This document shows, in pieces, positions 17,230 to 25,853 of a DNA stretch of 27,137 bases (position 1 is the stretch's first letter; each line of letters starts with the position of its first letter). A program made the translations under genes and the position numbers. This DNA is from Clostridiaceae bacterium (lineage in GTDB: Bacteria > Bacillota > Peptococcia > DRI-13 > JAPXME01): the NCBI GenBank assembly GCA_033809185.1, contig JAPXME010000002.1, positions 5,087 through 32,223 of the forward strand, given 5' to 3'. The notes under the pieces are model-generated. The model was not told the DNA's origin and searched no databases. It saw only the letters and a list, made by a program, of their open reading frames with translations.

Positions 17230-19173
17230 GTGCCTACTTTATTCGAAGAAGTCAACATCGGAAATCTAAGATTGAAGAATCGGCTGGTTATGGACCCGAT
17301 GGGGTTTGCACACACTGATTCGGACGGAGGTTATTCCGATCGCCAAATTGAGTATTATGTTGAACGAGCCAAAGGTGGATTCGGTTTAATCTATCCCACT
17401 GCTACAATGGTCACTACCGAATTTGAACCTGCACCTATGCCCAACGTACTGGAGACTTATATCCAAGGAACACGCCTCGGGATATTATGCGAAAAAGTCC
17501 ATCATTATGGTGCCAAGGTCTGCGTCCAATTGTCTTTAGGGTTAGGACGAGTTTCTTTTATTGATCCTTATACTGCTCCAAAATCGGCCAGTGCTGTACC
17601 ATCATTTTTCTTTCCTGATTTAATTTGTGAGCCTTATACTAAGGAAGAAATTAAATTCCTAGTCCAAAAATTCGGTAATGCCGCCCGTTTGGCCAAGAAT
17701 GCCGGAGCCGATGCTATTGAGATTCATGCTTATGGTGGTTATCTGATTGACCAGTTCCTTACACCCCTCTGGAATACCAGAGATGACGAATACGGCGGCA
17801 GTCTAGAAAACCGCTTACGGATCGTTTATGAATTAAGGGACGCCGTCTGGGAGAATTGCGGCAAGGACTTTCCTCTCTTTATTAAATTAACTCCTGACCA
17901 CAGAATAGAAGGAGGCCGCACCTTAGAGGAAGGCATAGAAATGCTTAAGGCCTTGGACGACGCAGGTTTTGCTGTTTTCCACCTTGATTTAGGTACCTAT
18001 GAATGTTGGTATAATGCTGTTACAACAGTTTATGAAGAAGAAGGATTACAACTATACCTAGCAGAAGCCGCCAAAAAAGCCGGAATTAAAACACCTTTAC
18101 TAGTCCAAGGAAAATTAGGAGACCCTATACTGGCTGAAAAAGTAGTAAGAGAAGGCACTGCCGAATTAATCGGGCTCGGACACCCCTCCTTAACCGATCC
18201 TCACTGGCCTAGAAAGGCAAAGGAAGGGCGTTTTGAAGATATTACACCCTGCATAGGTTGTAACGAATGTATTTATACCAACTTAAAAAATACTCGTTTC
18301 GCCTGTGCCGTTAACCCCTTGATGGGTATGGAGCGCGAGTATGAGCTCACACCTGCTGAAGAGCCTCTATCTGTCTTAGTTGTAGGTGGAGGCCCGGGAG
18401 GAATGGTAGCTGCAATTACTGCAGCGGCGAGAGGTTTTGATGTGGAGCTGTGGGAAAAGGAAAACTCCTTGGGCGGAACTTTAAGGGCGGCAGGTGCACC
18501 GAAATTCAAGGAAGCTGTGGCTAGGTATGTTGAATACTTAAAGGTACAAATTTATAAGCATAATGTACGGGTACGTTTGAACAAAGAAGCTACTGCAGAA
18601 GACATCCTCCAATACTACCCTGACGCTGTGATTATTGCCGGAGGCGCAAGACACATAATTCCTAATATCCCCGACATGGATAAGATGCAGGTTTTGGAAG
18701 CTAATGAATTGTTAAGCAACAACATTTGTCCGAACAGCAAGATTGTTGTTCTTGGTGGCGGTCTAGTGGGGTGTGAAACTGCCCTCCATTTAGACTCCTT
18801 AGGCAAAGATGTCACTATTGTTGAGCAGTTGGATGAGCTGCTATTGACAGCTAATCATGCTACCAATAATGATCTTTCTTTGAAACACTCTCTAGCCCAA
18901 TCGCAAATTAAATTTGTTACCGGAGCAACTGTTGTTTCAATGGATACTGGCAAAATAACCATAAGCAAAGATGGTAAGGAAAGTTCTATCCCTTGCGATA
19001 CTGTTGTTATTGCAGTAGGCTACAAGGCAGATAGAAGCTTAGAAAGAGCTCTCCGGGATAAAATTCCTACCGTAGTTACGATAGGTGATAACGTTGCCCC
19101 TGGTAAGGTTATTGACGCTGTCCATCAAGGTTACCACAAGGTCCGTCTGTTGGAGCATCTACCTCCTTGCTAA
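17230..19173 (+). CDS. Old-yellow-enzyme-type NADH:flavin oxidoreductase with 4Fe-4S and FAD/NAD domains (DCR/enoate-reductase architecture, 647 aa)
   Basis: LKNRLVMDPM, RAKGGFGLI, DEYGGSLENRLR, CIGCNEC-x11-CAVNP Fe-S motif, VVGGGPGG and VLGGGLVGCE Rossmann motifs, IGDNV.PG. GTG start with SD AGAAAGGGG. Confidence 0.9.
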   Translation: MPTLFEEVNIGNLRLKNRLVMDPMGFAHTDSDGGYSDRQIEYYVERAKGGFGLIYPTATMVTTEFEPAPMPNVLETYIQGTRLGILCEKVHHYGAKVCVQLSLGLGRVSFIDPYTAPKSASAVPSFFFPDLICEPYTKEEIKFLVQKFGNAARLAKNAGADAIEIHAYGGYLIDQFLTPLWNTRDDEYGGSLENRLRIVYELRDAVWENCGKDFPLFIKLTPDHRIEGGRTLEEGIEMLKALDDAGFAVFHLDLGTYECWYNAVTTVYEEEGLQLYLAEAAKKAGIKTPLLVQGKLGDPILAEKVVREGTAELIGLGHPSLTDPHWPRKAKEGRFEDITPCIGCNECIYTNLKNTRFACAVNPLMGMEREYELTPAEEPLSVLVVGGGPGGMVAAITAAARGFDVELWEKENSLGGTLRAAGAPKFKEAVARYVEYLKVQIYKHNVRVRLNKEATAEDILQYYPDAVIIAGGARHIIPNIPDMDKMQVLEANELLSNNICPNSKIVVLGGGLVGCETALHLDSLGKDVTIVEQLDELLLTANHATNNDLSLKHSLAQSQIKFVTGATVVSMDTGKITISKDGKESSIPCDTVVIAVGYKADRSLERALRDKIPTVVTIGDNVAPGKVIDAVHQGYHKVRLLEHLPPC

Positions 19174-19225
19174 GATGATGCTCTGCAGTATTGTACCTTC
19201 AAATTTTAATCCCGTAGCATATAGC

Positions 19226-19254
19226 AAAAAGACCGCTCTATTTAGAGCGGTCTT
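19226..19254. terminator. Bidirectional terminator between the OYE gene and tRNA-fMet
   Basis: Perfect 12-bp inverted repeat AAGACCGCTCTA-tt-TAGAGCGGTCTT with an A5 run on the left (T-run on the minus strand). Confidence 0.85.
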
Positions 19255-19262
19255 AATTAACT

Positions 19263-19338
<76 letters not shown>

Positions 19339-19361
19339 ATATTATTGAGGTTTCATGTATA

Positions 19362-19390
19362 ATCATAACACATTAATAATATTTTCGCAA
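19362..19390 (-). promoter_or_regulatory. Sigma-A promoter for tRNA-fMet
   Basis: TTGCGA (19390-19385), 17 nt, TATGAT (19367-19362), with extended TGn. Confidence 0.7.
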
Positions 19391-19521
19391 ATGGCTTCCT
19401 TGGATTACCAATTTTCAGATTTCAAATACTAATTTTTTGTTGTTGCACATAATAGGTTGCAATTTTCTAAAAATTTAAGTTAAAATCAACAGGTATATAT
19501 CGTATTATTATAAAATATGAC

Positions 19522-19551
19522 TTGACGCAGAATCTCCTTGTCCAGTATAAT
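19522..19551 (+). promoter_or_regulatory. Sigma-A promoter for niaX
   Basis: TTGACG (19522-27), 18 nt, TATAAT (19546-51). Confidence 0.75.
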
Positions 19552-19573
19552 TACAGCTGACAAGACAGCTGTA
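19552..19573. promoter_or_regulatory. NiaR (YrxA)-type operator
   Basis: Palindrome TACAGCTG-ACAAGA-CAGCTGTA with perfect 8-bp arms directly after the -10 box. It resembles the Firmicute NiaR box (ACAG.TGTC..GACA.CTGT) and precedes a NiaX-type gene. Confidence 0.75.
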
Positions 19574-19607
19574 AACAATACGGCGTTAACTATTAGAGGT
19601 GTAAAAA

Positions 19608-20117
19608 ATGCGTAGAATAAGTATCCGGGAAATTGTTCAGGGTGGCTTACTCACTGCCCTATCACTGTTGATTCCCTTAGTATTCGGAAGCTTTTTAGTC
19701 CTCCGCTTACCTCCGTTCACAGCAACTGTAGCTTCCCACGTACCGACTATGATCTCCATGACTATAAGCCCAGCTGTAGCTTTTATGGTGGCCGCCGGAT
19801 CCGCGATTGGTTTCTTAATAACATCTGATCCTGTTGTTGCAATGAGAGCATCCATGCATATTATTTTTGCTCTGGTGGGAGCAAAAATGTACCAGAAGGG
19901 CATTTCCTTCCCTAAGGTTCTCTTAGCCACACTACCGCTCCATGCAATTACAGAGGCCTTAGTTGTTATTCCTTTCGGCTTTACATTACAAAAAGCCGGA
20001 GTTGTGGTGGGTATCGGCACTGCTTTACACCATGGACTTGACAGCCTTATTACCCTTGCAATCTTTGGTCTTATCGGTTCTTATCTAGCACGTTCAAAAT
20101 CTACTAACAGACGATGA
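19608..20117 (+). CDS. niaX: ECF transporter S component, NiaX (niacin) family
   Basis: GLLTALSLLIP, FTATVASHVP..SM.ISP, RA.MH and PLHA..E motifs; 169 aa, about 5-6 TM helices; upstream NiaR-like box. Confidence 0.75.
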   Translation: MRRISIREIVQGGLLTALSLLIPLVFGSFLVLRLPPFTATVASHVPTMISMTISPAVAFMVAAGSAIGFLITSDPVVAMRASMHIIFALVGAKMYQKGISFPKVLLATLPLHAITEALVVIPFGFTLQKAGVVVGIGTALHHGLDSLITLAIFGLIGSYLARSKSTNRR

Positions 20118-20172
20118 GCCTTTAACTTAGGGACTATTATCATTCAACGAAACTAATACGACATAAGTTAAG

Positions 20173-20230
20173 AAAAGAGTATTTGAGAGATAGCTGTTTG
20201 TTCTCAGTTCACCCTCAAACACTCTTTTTT
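20173..20230. terminator. Bidirectional terminator between niaX and the nucleoside ABC operon
   Basis: AAGAGTATTTGAG...CTCAAACACTCTT arms, flanked by an A-run and a T-run. Confidence 0.7.
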
Positions 20231-20278
20231 CTTGTGATTTTTACATGGTGAGTATCTACGTACTTATTCTTACACTAC

Positions 20279-21214
20279 CTAGCGTTCTTCGCGGAAATAT
20301 GGTACAGCCAAGCCTTTCGGGGCTGCATTATCTTTGGAATTACGCATTGAGGCTACCACAAGAACGATGATTGTCACCAGATATGGAAGCATGGCAATAA
20401 AATGGTCGTTGATAGGTAAGTTTAAGCTTTGTACTCTAAACCTTAAAATATCTAATCCGCCAAAAACATAAGCACCCAAAAGGGCTTTATATGGATTCCA
20501 ATTGGCGAAGATAACTAATGCAACGGCAATCCAGCCTCTTCCTGCAGTGATATTTTCCTGCCAAGCTGGAACATAAACCAGCGAAAGATATGCTCCGCCA
20601 AGACCGCAGAGAGCTCCACCGATTAGAATATGCAAATACTTATAAAGAGTAATATTAATGCCAGCAGCGTCAGCAGCTGCTGGGTTTTCTCCCACAGAAC
20701 GCAGGTTTAGACCCAGGCGAGTTTTGAATAAATATATCCCACCAATAATGGCCACCAAATAACCTAGATAAACAAAGGCATCATGTCGGAAAAAGACTGG
20801 GCCTATTACCGGTATCTGCCCTAAGACCGGAAGAGATATCGGCTTAAAGAAGGCCTTCACAGCCTCAGGCACAATCTGTCCGATGAGCTCCTTACCCATA
20901 AAGGCAGATAAACCTGTACCGAAAATCGTCAAAGCCAAACCGGTGACGTTTTGTTCTGCTCGTAAGGTTACTGTCAAAATAGCATAAATCAATGCCCCCG
21001 CCGCGCCACCTAGCATAGCCGCCAACAAGGCTACAATAGGATTTTGACTGCTTAAACCAGCCGAAAAACCTGATACTGCCCCCATCAACATCATACCTTC
21101 AACACCCAGGTTAAGGTGTCCGGATCTTTGAGTGAATACCTCACCTATGGTGGCAAAGAGCAAAGGAGTTCCAGCAATAACAGCAGCAGAGAGAAATTGA
21201 ATAACGCCTTCCAT
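20279..21214 (-). CDS. Nucleoside/purine ABC transporter permease (NupC/YufQ-like)
   Basis: GTPLLFATIGE..QRSG.LNLGVEGMML, GLNLRSVGENP.AADAAGI, GRGWIAVALVIF. Confidence 0.92.
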   Translation of the reverse strand: MEGVIQFLSAAVIAGTPLLFATIGEVFTQRSGHLNLGVEGMMLMGAVSGFSAGLSSQNPIVALLAAMLGGAAGALIYAILTVTLRAEQNVTGLALTIFGTGLSAFMGKELIGQIVPEAVKAFFKPISLPVLGQIPVIGPVFFRHDAFVYLGYLVAIIGGIYLFKTRLGLNLRSVGENPAAADAAGINITLYKYLHILIGGALCGLGGAYLSLVYVPAWQENITAGRGWIAVALVIFANWNPYKALLGAYVFGGLDILRFRVQSLNLPINDHFIAMLPYLVTIIVLVVASMRNSKDNAAPKGLAVPYFREER

Positions 21215-22296
21215 TATAGCTCAGCCTCCTTATTATTATGATGTGCTACGGGCTTTGTCCAATGGATTTTGTATCTGGTGAAAAATTCGCTACCTAAAAC
21301 AAAGAATAATATCATACCTTGCAACATTTCAGCAGCCGCCTGGGATATCCCAAAGGCTGTTTGGATATAGGACCCACCTTGAATTAGACCGGCGAAAAGG
21401 ATTGAAACTACCATAACCAGTGGAGCCTTTAAAGCTGCCAACCAAGTAGTTATTATGGCCGTAAAACCTACACCACCAGCGATCCCGAAGGTTAAGGTAT
21501 TACTCACCGCCGAAGCCTGAATCATGCCTGTAAGTCCACAGATAGCACCGCTTATGAAGATAGTGCTAATAATCGTCTTCTTAATATTAATTCCAGCATA
21601 GAGTGCGGTGTTTTCACTTTCACCTAGAACAGCGATTTCATAACCTTTTTTGGTACGAGTAAGGAAAATATGCACCAGTACAACTAGAACTAAAGTGATA
21701 ATCCAACCAATGTGCACCCCTCCCACCTTTGGAAGGATTGCATTAGTAGTGAAATTAGGAATCTTAGGAAAGCCTAAAGCATTAGGATCTTTCCAAGGGC
21801 CATACTGCAAGTAAGTTATCCATTTGATAGCGATATAGTTCATCATCAAGGTAACGATAGTCTCATTAGTACGCCAACGTGCTCGGAAAAAGGCCGGAAT
21901 TATTGCCCATAACCCTCCACCAATAATACCTGCCACCATCATTAACGGCAGGAGCACTATTCTAGGCATATCCGGAAATTGCAAAGCTACAAAACTAGCG
22001 GCAAATGCACCCATGGTAATCTGCCCTTCACCGCCAATATTCCAAAATCGCATTCTAAATGCAATACACATTCCTAAAGAGGTAATAATTAAGGGAATAC
22101 CTTTGATAATCGTTTCCCGAACACGATAAGCCGTGCCGAAAGCTCCGTCCACTAGAGCTCCATATACCTCTAAGGGACTTAGGTCTAAGGCCATAATTAA
22201 TAATGCAGAAAAAAGCAAAGCTAAAACTACAGCTCCGATACGGATGGCGACTCTTGCCACCTGGGGAAGTTCATCCCTTTTAGTTATTCTAAGCAT
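21214..22296 (-). CDS. Nucleoside/purine ABC transporter permease (NupB/YufP-like)
   Basis: WNIGGEGQ, NETIVTLMMNYIA, GYEIAVLGES...A.YAGI. Confidence 0.92.
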   Translation of the reverse strand: MLRITKRDELPQVARVAIRIGAVVLALLFSALLIMALDLSPLEVYGALVDGAFGTAYRVRETIIKGIPLIITSLGMCIAFRMRFWNIGGEGQITMGAFAASFVALQFPDMPRIVLLPLMMVAGIIGGGLWAIIPAFFRARWRTNETIVTLMMNYIAIKWITYLQYGPWKDPNALGFPKIPNFTTNAILPKVGGVHIGWIITLVLVVLVHIFLTRTKKGYEIAVLGESENTALYAGINIKKTIISTIFISGAICGLTGMIQASAVSNTLTFGIAGGVGFTAIITTWLAALKAPLVMVVSILFAGLIQGGSYIQTAFGISQAAAEMLQGMILFFVLGSEFFTRYKIHWTKPVAHHNNKEAEL

Positions 22297-23812
22297 TATT
22301 GGCCACCTCCGTATTCAGATTACGTTCGCCTGCCATTAAAAGCCCTAGCTGTTCCTTAGTAACCTTATCAGCATCGACAATACCTGTTATTTCACCATCA
22401 CACAATACCATAATACGGTCGCATAGTTCCCGGAGGACGTCAAGATCCTCACCAACATAGAGGATAGCTACGCCTCTTTTCTTTTCTTCATTAAGTAAAT
22501 CATATATTCGGTAACTAACATTGATATCCAGTCCACGTACCGGATAAGCGGTAATCAGGAGATTCGGCCTAGACGCTAATTCTCTGCCTAGAAGAACCTT
22601 CTGGATATTTCCCCCTGACAACTGCCTTATAGGAGTATGGATCCCCGGTGTACTAATATCAAGCTTTTCAATAATATCATTGGCCTTATCAGCTATAGGC
22701 TTGCGATCAATAAAGATACCTTTTTGATTATGATATTCCTTGAGGATCAGGTTATCAACCATATCCATGGAGGCTACTAAACCCATGCCCAATCGATCCT
22801 CTGGCACAAAGCTCATACTTACTCCCTTGGTTATTATCTCTCGGGGACTCAACTCTATTAAGGACTCCCCTTCAAAAATAATCTCCCCGGATTGTACAGG
22901 ATAAAGGCCAGCAAGAGCTTCGCATAATTCCTTCTGCCCACTTCCGGCTACCCCGGCTACACCAAGTATTTCTCCATAAGATATATCAAAGTTAATATCT
23001 TTTAAAATGGCAACGCCTTCCTCATTTATTGCTTGAAGGTCCTTAACTTCTAAACACACATCACCACGAACATCGGTAACCCTCTTGATAGAAAGGTCCA
23101 CAGGGTGTCCGACCATAAGTTCAGCCAGCTCCTTAGGGTTAACCGCATTTTTCTCGACAGTTCTGACATTTACTCCTTTATGAAGAACAGTAATTCTGTC
23201 AGCCACTTCCATTACTTCATTCATTTTGTGGGTAATAAAAATGACTGCACAACCTTTTTCTTTTAGATTGCGCATAATCTTAAACAGATTAGCTGTTTCC
23301 TGTGGAGTCAAAACTGCGGTGGGCTCATCAAGTATCAGAATATCTGCTCCCCGATATAAAACCTTCAGAATCTCTAGATTCTGCTTTTCTCCAACTGAGA
23401 GTTCATAGACTTTTTTGTCAGGGTCTACTTCTAAGCCATAACGGGCTGAGAGTTCTTTTATTTTTTGACTCAACTTTTTCCGGTTGAGAAAAAAACTACT
23501 CTTTTGACCCATAATGATATTTTCGGCTGCAGTCATTACATCCACTAGCTTAAAATGCTGGTGAATCATTCCTATACCAGCTTCCTTAGCAGCCCTGGGC
23601 GAAGATATATTAACCTCTTTACCTCGGATAAAAATAGAACCGCTGTCAGGGGTATAAATCCCTGACAGCATATTAACTAATGTGCTTTTTCCGGCACCGT
23701 TTTCACCGAGGAGGGCATGGATCTCGCCAAACTCAATCTGCAGATTAACATTATTGATAGCATTAACTCTACCGAAGGTTTTGGAGATACCTTCCATAGC
23801 TATATGTGGCAT
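22289..23812 (-). CDS. Nucleoside/purine ABC transporter tandem ATP-binding protein (NupA/YufO-like)
   Basis: GENGAGKST, LSVGEKQ, LDEPTAVLTPQE and a second domain with LSGGNIQK. Confidence 0.94.
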   Translation of the reverse strand: MPHIAMEGISKTFGRVNAINNVNLQIEFGEIHALLGENGAGKSTLVNMLSGIYTPDSGSIFIRGKEVNISSPRAAKEAGIGMIHQHFKLVDVMTAAENIIMGQKSSFFLNRKKLSQKIKELSARYGLEVDPDKKVYELSVGEKQNLEILKVLYRGADILILDEPTAVLTPQETANLFKIMRNLKEKGCAVIFITHKMNEVMEVADRITVLHKGVNVRTVEKNAVNPKELAELMVGHPVDLSIKRVTDVRGDVCLEVKDLQAINEEGVAILKDINFDISYGEILGVAGVAGSGQKELCEALAGLYPVQSGEIIFEGESLIELSPREIITKGVSMSFVPEDRLGMGLVASMDMVDNLILKEYHNQKGIFIDRKPIADKANDIIEKLDISTPGIHTPIRQLSGGNIQKVLLGRELASRPNLLITAYPVRGLDINVSYRIYDLLNEEKKRGVAILYVGEDLDVLRELCDRIMVLCDGEITGIVDADKVTKEQLGLLMAGERNLNTEVANNA

Positions 23813-23833
23813 AGCCCTACCCCTTTATCATAA

Positions 23834-24931
23834 TTATTCTACGGAACCTATTACACCCTCAACCAACCAATCAAAATTACTGTATTGATCTTCAAGGGAC
23901 ATAACTTCGCCTTCTTTGACTCTAAGGTTTCCTTGGTTGTCCTTCAGTGGACCTGCGAAGAGTTTAAATTCTCCAGAAATGATAGCTTTTTTAGCTTCTT
24001 CGACTTTCTCTTTAGCGCCTTCTGGAGCATTAGCGGTTAACGGAGAAATATCAACTAGGCCCTCTTTCATATCACCTAGATAAGGTTCATTGCTGAATTT
24101 GCCATTCATAACATCCTGAACAGCTTTTACGTAGTAAGCGCCCCAGTTCCAAACAGCAGATACCATATGAGCTTTAGGTGCTGTACTTGTCATATCGGTG
24201 TTATATCCAATAGAGAAAGCGCCTCTTTCTTCGGCAGCCTGTTGAGGACCAGCAGTATCCTGATGCTGGGCAATAACATCGCAACCCTTATCCAGAAGTA
24301 CCTTGGCAGCTTCTTTTTCAGTAGCAGGATCATACCAGGTTTGAGTCCAAACAACTTCTACAGTCGCATCCGGATTTACAGATTGTACACCTAGAGCAAA
24401 AGCATTAAGTCCACGAACAACTTCAGGGATGCCATAAGCTGCAACATAGCCAATCTTATTAGTTTCAGTTTTCATGCCGGCCACAATACCGGTTAGGTAC
24501 CGAGCTTCTTCTATTTTACCAAAATAGTTGGTCATATTCTCAGCAGTTTTATAACCAGAGCAATGGAAGAACTTCACATCAGGATAATTGGGAGCTACTC
24601 TTTCCATGTAGTCCATAAAGCCAAAGCTAGTACCAAAGATAATATTGCAACCTTGGTCTACCATATCACTAATAACTTTTTCTACAGTTTGATCTTCTGG
24701 AACTGATTCTTTGTAAATCGTTGGGATTCCTAATTTCTCCTCTAGGTACAAACGACCTTCGTTATGAGCATAAGTAAAGCCACCATCACCGATGGGTCCT
24801 ACATAAATGAATCCTGCCTTGTACTCAGGCTTGCCATCTGCAGGCTCTTTACCTGTTTGTCCGCCACAACCTGTAACAACTAATGCTGCCATCATGATCA
24901 TGACTAAAAGTAAACTAAAAAACTTTTTCAT
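23834..24931 (-). CDS. BMP-family nucleoside-binding lipoprotein
   Basis: Lipobox VVTGC; GFIYVGPIGDGGFTYAH..GR, TSFGFMD, TWYDP..EKEAA..L.D.GCDVIAQHQD. Confidence 0.92.
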   Translation of the reverse strand: MKKFFSLLLVMIMMAALVVTGCGGQTGKEPADGKPEYKAGFIYVGPIGDGGFTYAHNEGRLYLEEKLGIPTIYKESVPEDQTVEKVISDMVDQGCNIIFGTSFGFMDYMERVAPNYPDVKFFHCSGYKTAENMTNYFGKIEEARYLTGIVAGMKTETNKIGYVAAYGIPEVVRGLNAFALGVQSVNPDATVEVVWTQTWYDPATEKEAAKVLLDKGCDVIAQHQDTAGPQQAAEERGAFSIGYNTDMTSTAPKAHMVSAVWNWGAYYVKAVQDVMNGKFSNEPYLGDMKEGLVDISPLTANAPEGAKEKVEEAKKAIISGEFKLFAGPLKDNQGNLRVKEGEVMSLEDQYSNFDWLVEGVIGSVE

Positions 24932-25065
24932 TTTTCTCCTCCTATTAATTGACTTAAAATCTATCCTAGGGCTTTGCCGCTTGGCTTTGATAAATTGTCT
25001 TTAATAAAAGTCAAGTTATTTGCGGTACCAAGCCTCGGATTCAGGTTAAAAATTTAGCGTGGGAG

Positions 25066-25632
25066 CTACTCAAAAATAATATGTCCTTTCTTAAGCTCCT
25101 TAATAATTGCTAGGGATTCCAGGGGAATATTTGTGCTGATTTTTTCACGACCCCGTTGAAAACTTTTCTCAATCACAATACCTATTCCAACAGCCTGGGC
25201 ACCGGCTTGTCTTACTATATCTAACAAACCCTGTAAGGCATTACCGTTAGCCAGAAAATCATCTATGATAAGAATCTTGTCAGTGGTATTCAGGTATTTC
25301 TTAGCTACCCTTATGTTATAAGTCTTGTCCTTCGTAAAGGAATAAACTTGGCTGACATAAACGTCATCGTCTAGATTACTAGCCTCTGTTTTTTTGGCGA
25401 AAAGAACTGGAACCTTGAAATACTGGGCTGCGATACAGGCAATTCCTATACCGGAAGCCTCTATAGTGAGAATCTTCGTGATTTGCTCAGAGTTGAACCG
25501 CGACTTAAACTCTTTCCCAATTTCGTTCAGTAATTCCACATCTATTTGATGATTGAGAAAACTATCTACTTTAATAATCCGATCGTCGATAACCTCTCCA
25601 ACCTCGATTATTCTCTTCTTTAATAATTCCAT
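25066..25632 (-). CDS. xpt: Xanthine phosphoribosyltransferase
   Basis: IIKVDSFLNHQID, KILTIEASGI, FAKK, VYSFTK, PRPP loop IIDDFLANG, IVIEKSFQ.GR. Confidence 0.96.
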   Translation of the reverse strand: MELLKKRIIEVGEVIDDRIIKVDSFLNHQIDVELLNEIGKEFKSRFNSEQITKILTIEASGIGIACIAAQYFKVPVLFAKKTEASNLDDDVYVSQVYSFTKDKTYNIRVAKKYLNTTDKILIIDDFLANGNALQGLLDIVRQAGAQAVGIGIVIEKSFQRGREKISTNIPLESLAIIKELKKGHIIFE

Positions 25633-25684
25633 GTCTATTTTCCTTCCCAGAGAGCTTGTGATTGTCTAATTTATTGTTATAAAA

Positions 25685-25712
25685 ATTTTACCACGAACAA
25701 TTATACGATAAA
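25685..25712 (-). promoter_or_regulatory. Extended -10 promoter for xpt and the nucleoside ABC operon
   Basis: TTTATC (25712-07), 16 nt, TAAAAT (25690-85) with TGn; overlapped by the PurBox pair. Confidence 0.55.
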
Positions 25713-25732
25713 TTTCTTAAATGTTCGTCATC
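25689..25732. promoter_or_regulatory. Bipartite PurR operator upstream of xpt
   Basis: CGAA(25694-97)-CAATT-N16-AAATG-TTCG(25724-27). Both YRWTW/WAWYR inner arms and the spacing fit the consensus; the outer flanks have a few mismatches. Confidence 0.75.
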
Positions 25733-25853
25733 CTTCCTAATAATATCCCATCCTGAGCCGGAGATCAAGGCAAGGTTTGACAAATTACGGTGTAAGTTTA
25801 GACATTTCTAGGCGAGGGATCGGTACGAACGTTCTTGTTATTCTTTGCACTTT

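Noticed and set aside
17230-19173. Assigning baiCD/baiH, fadH or bilR
   Set aside because: The shared architecture is not diagnostic, there is no bai operon context, and the active-site motif differs from those I recall for these enzymes.
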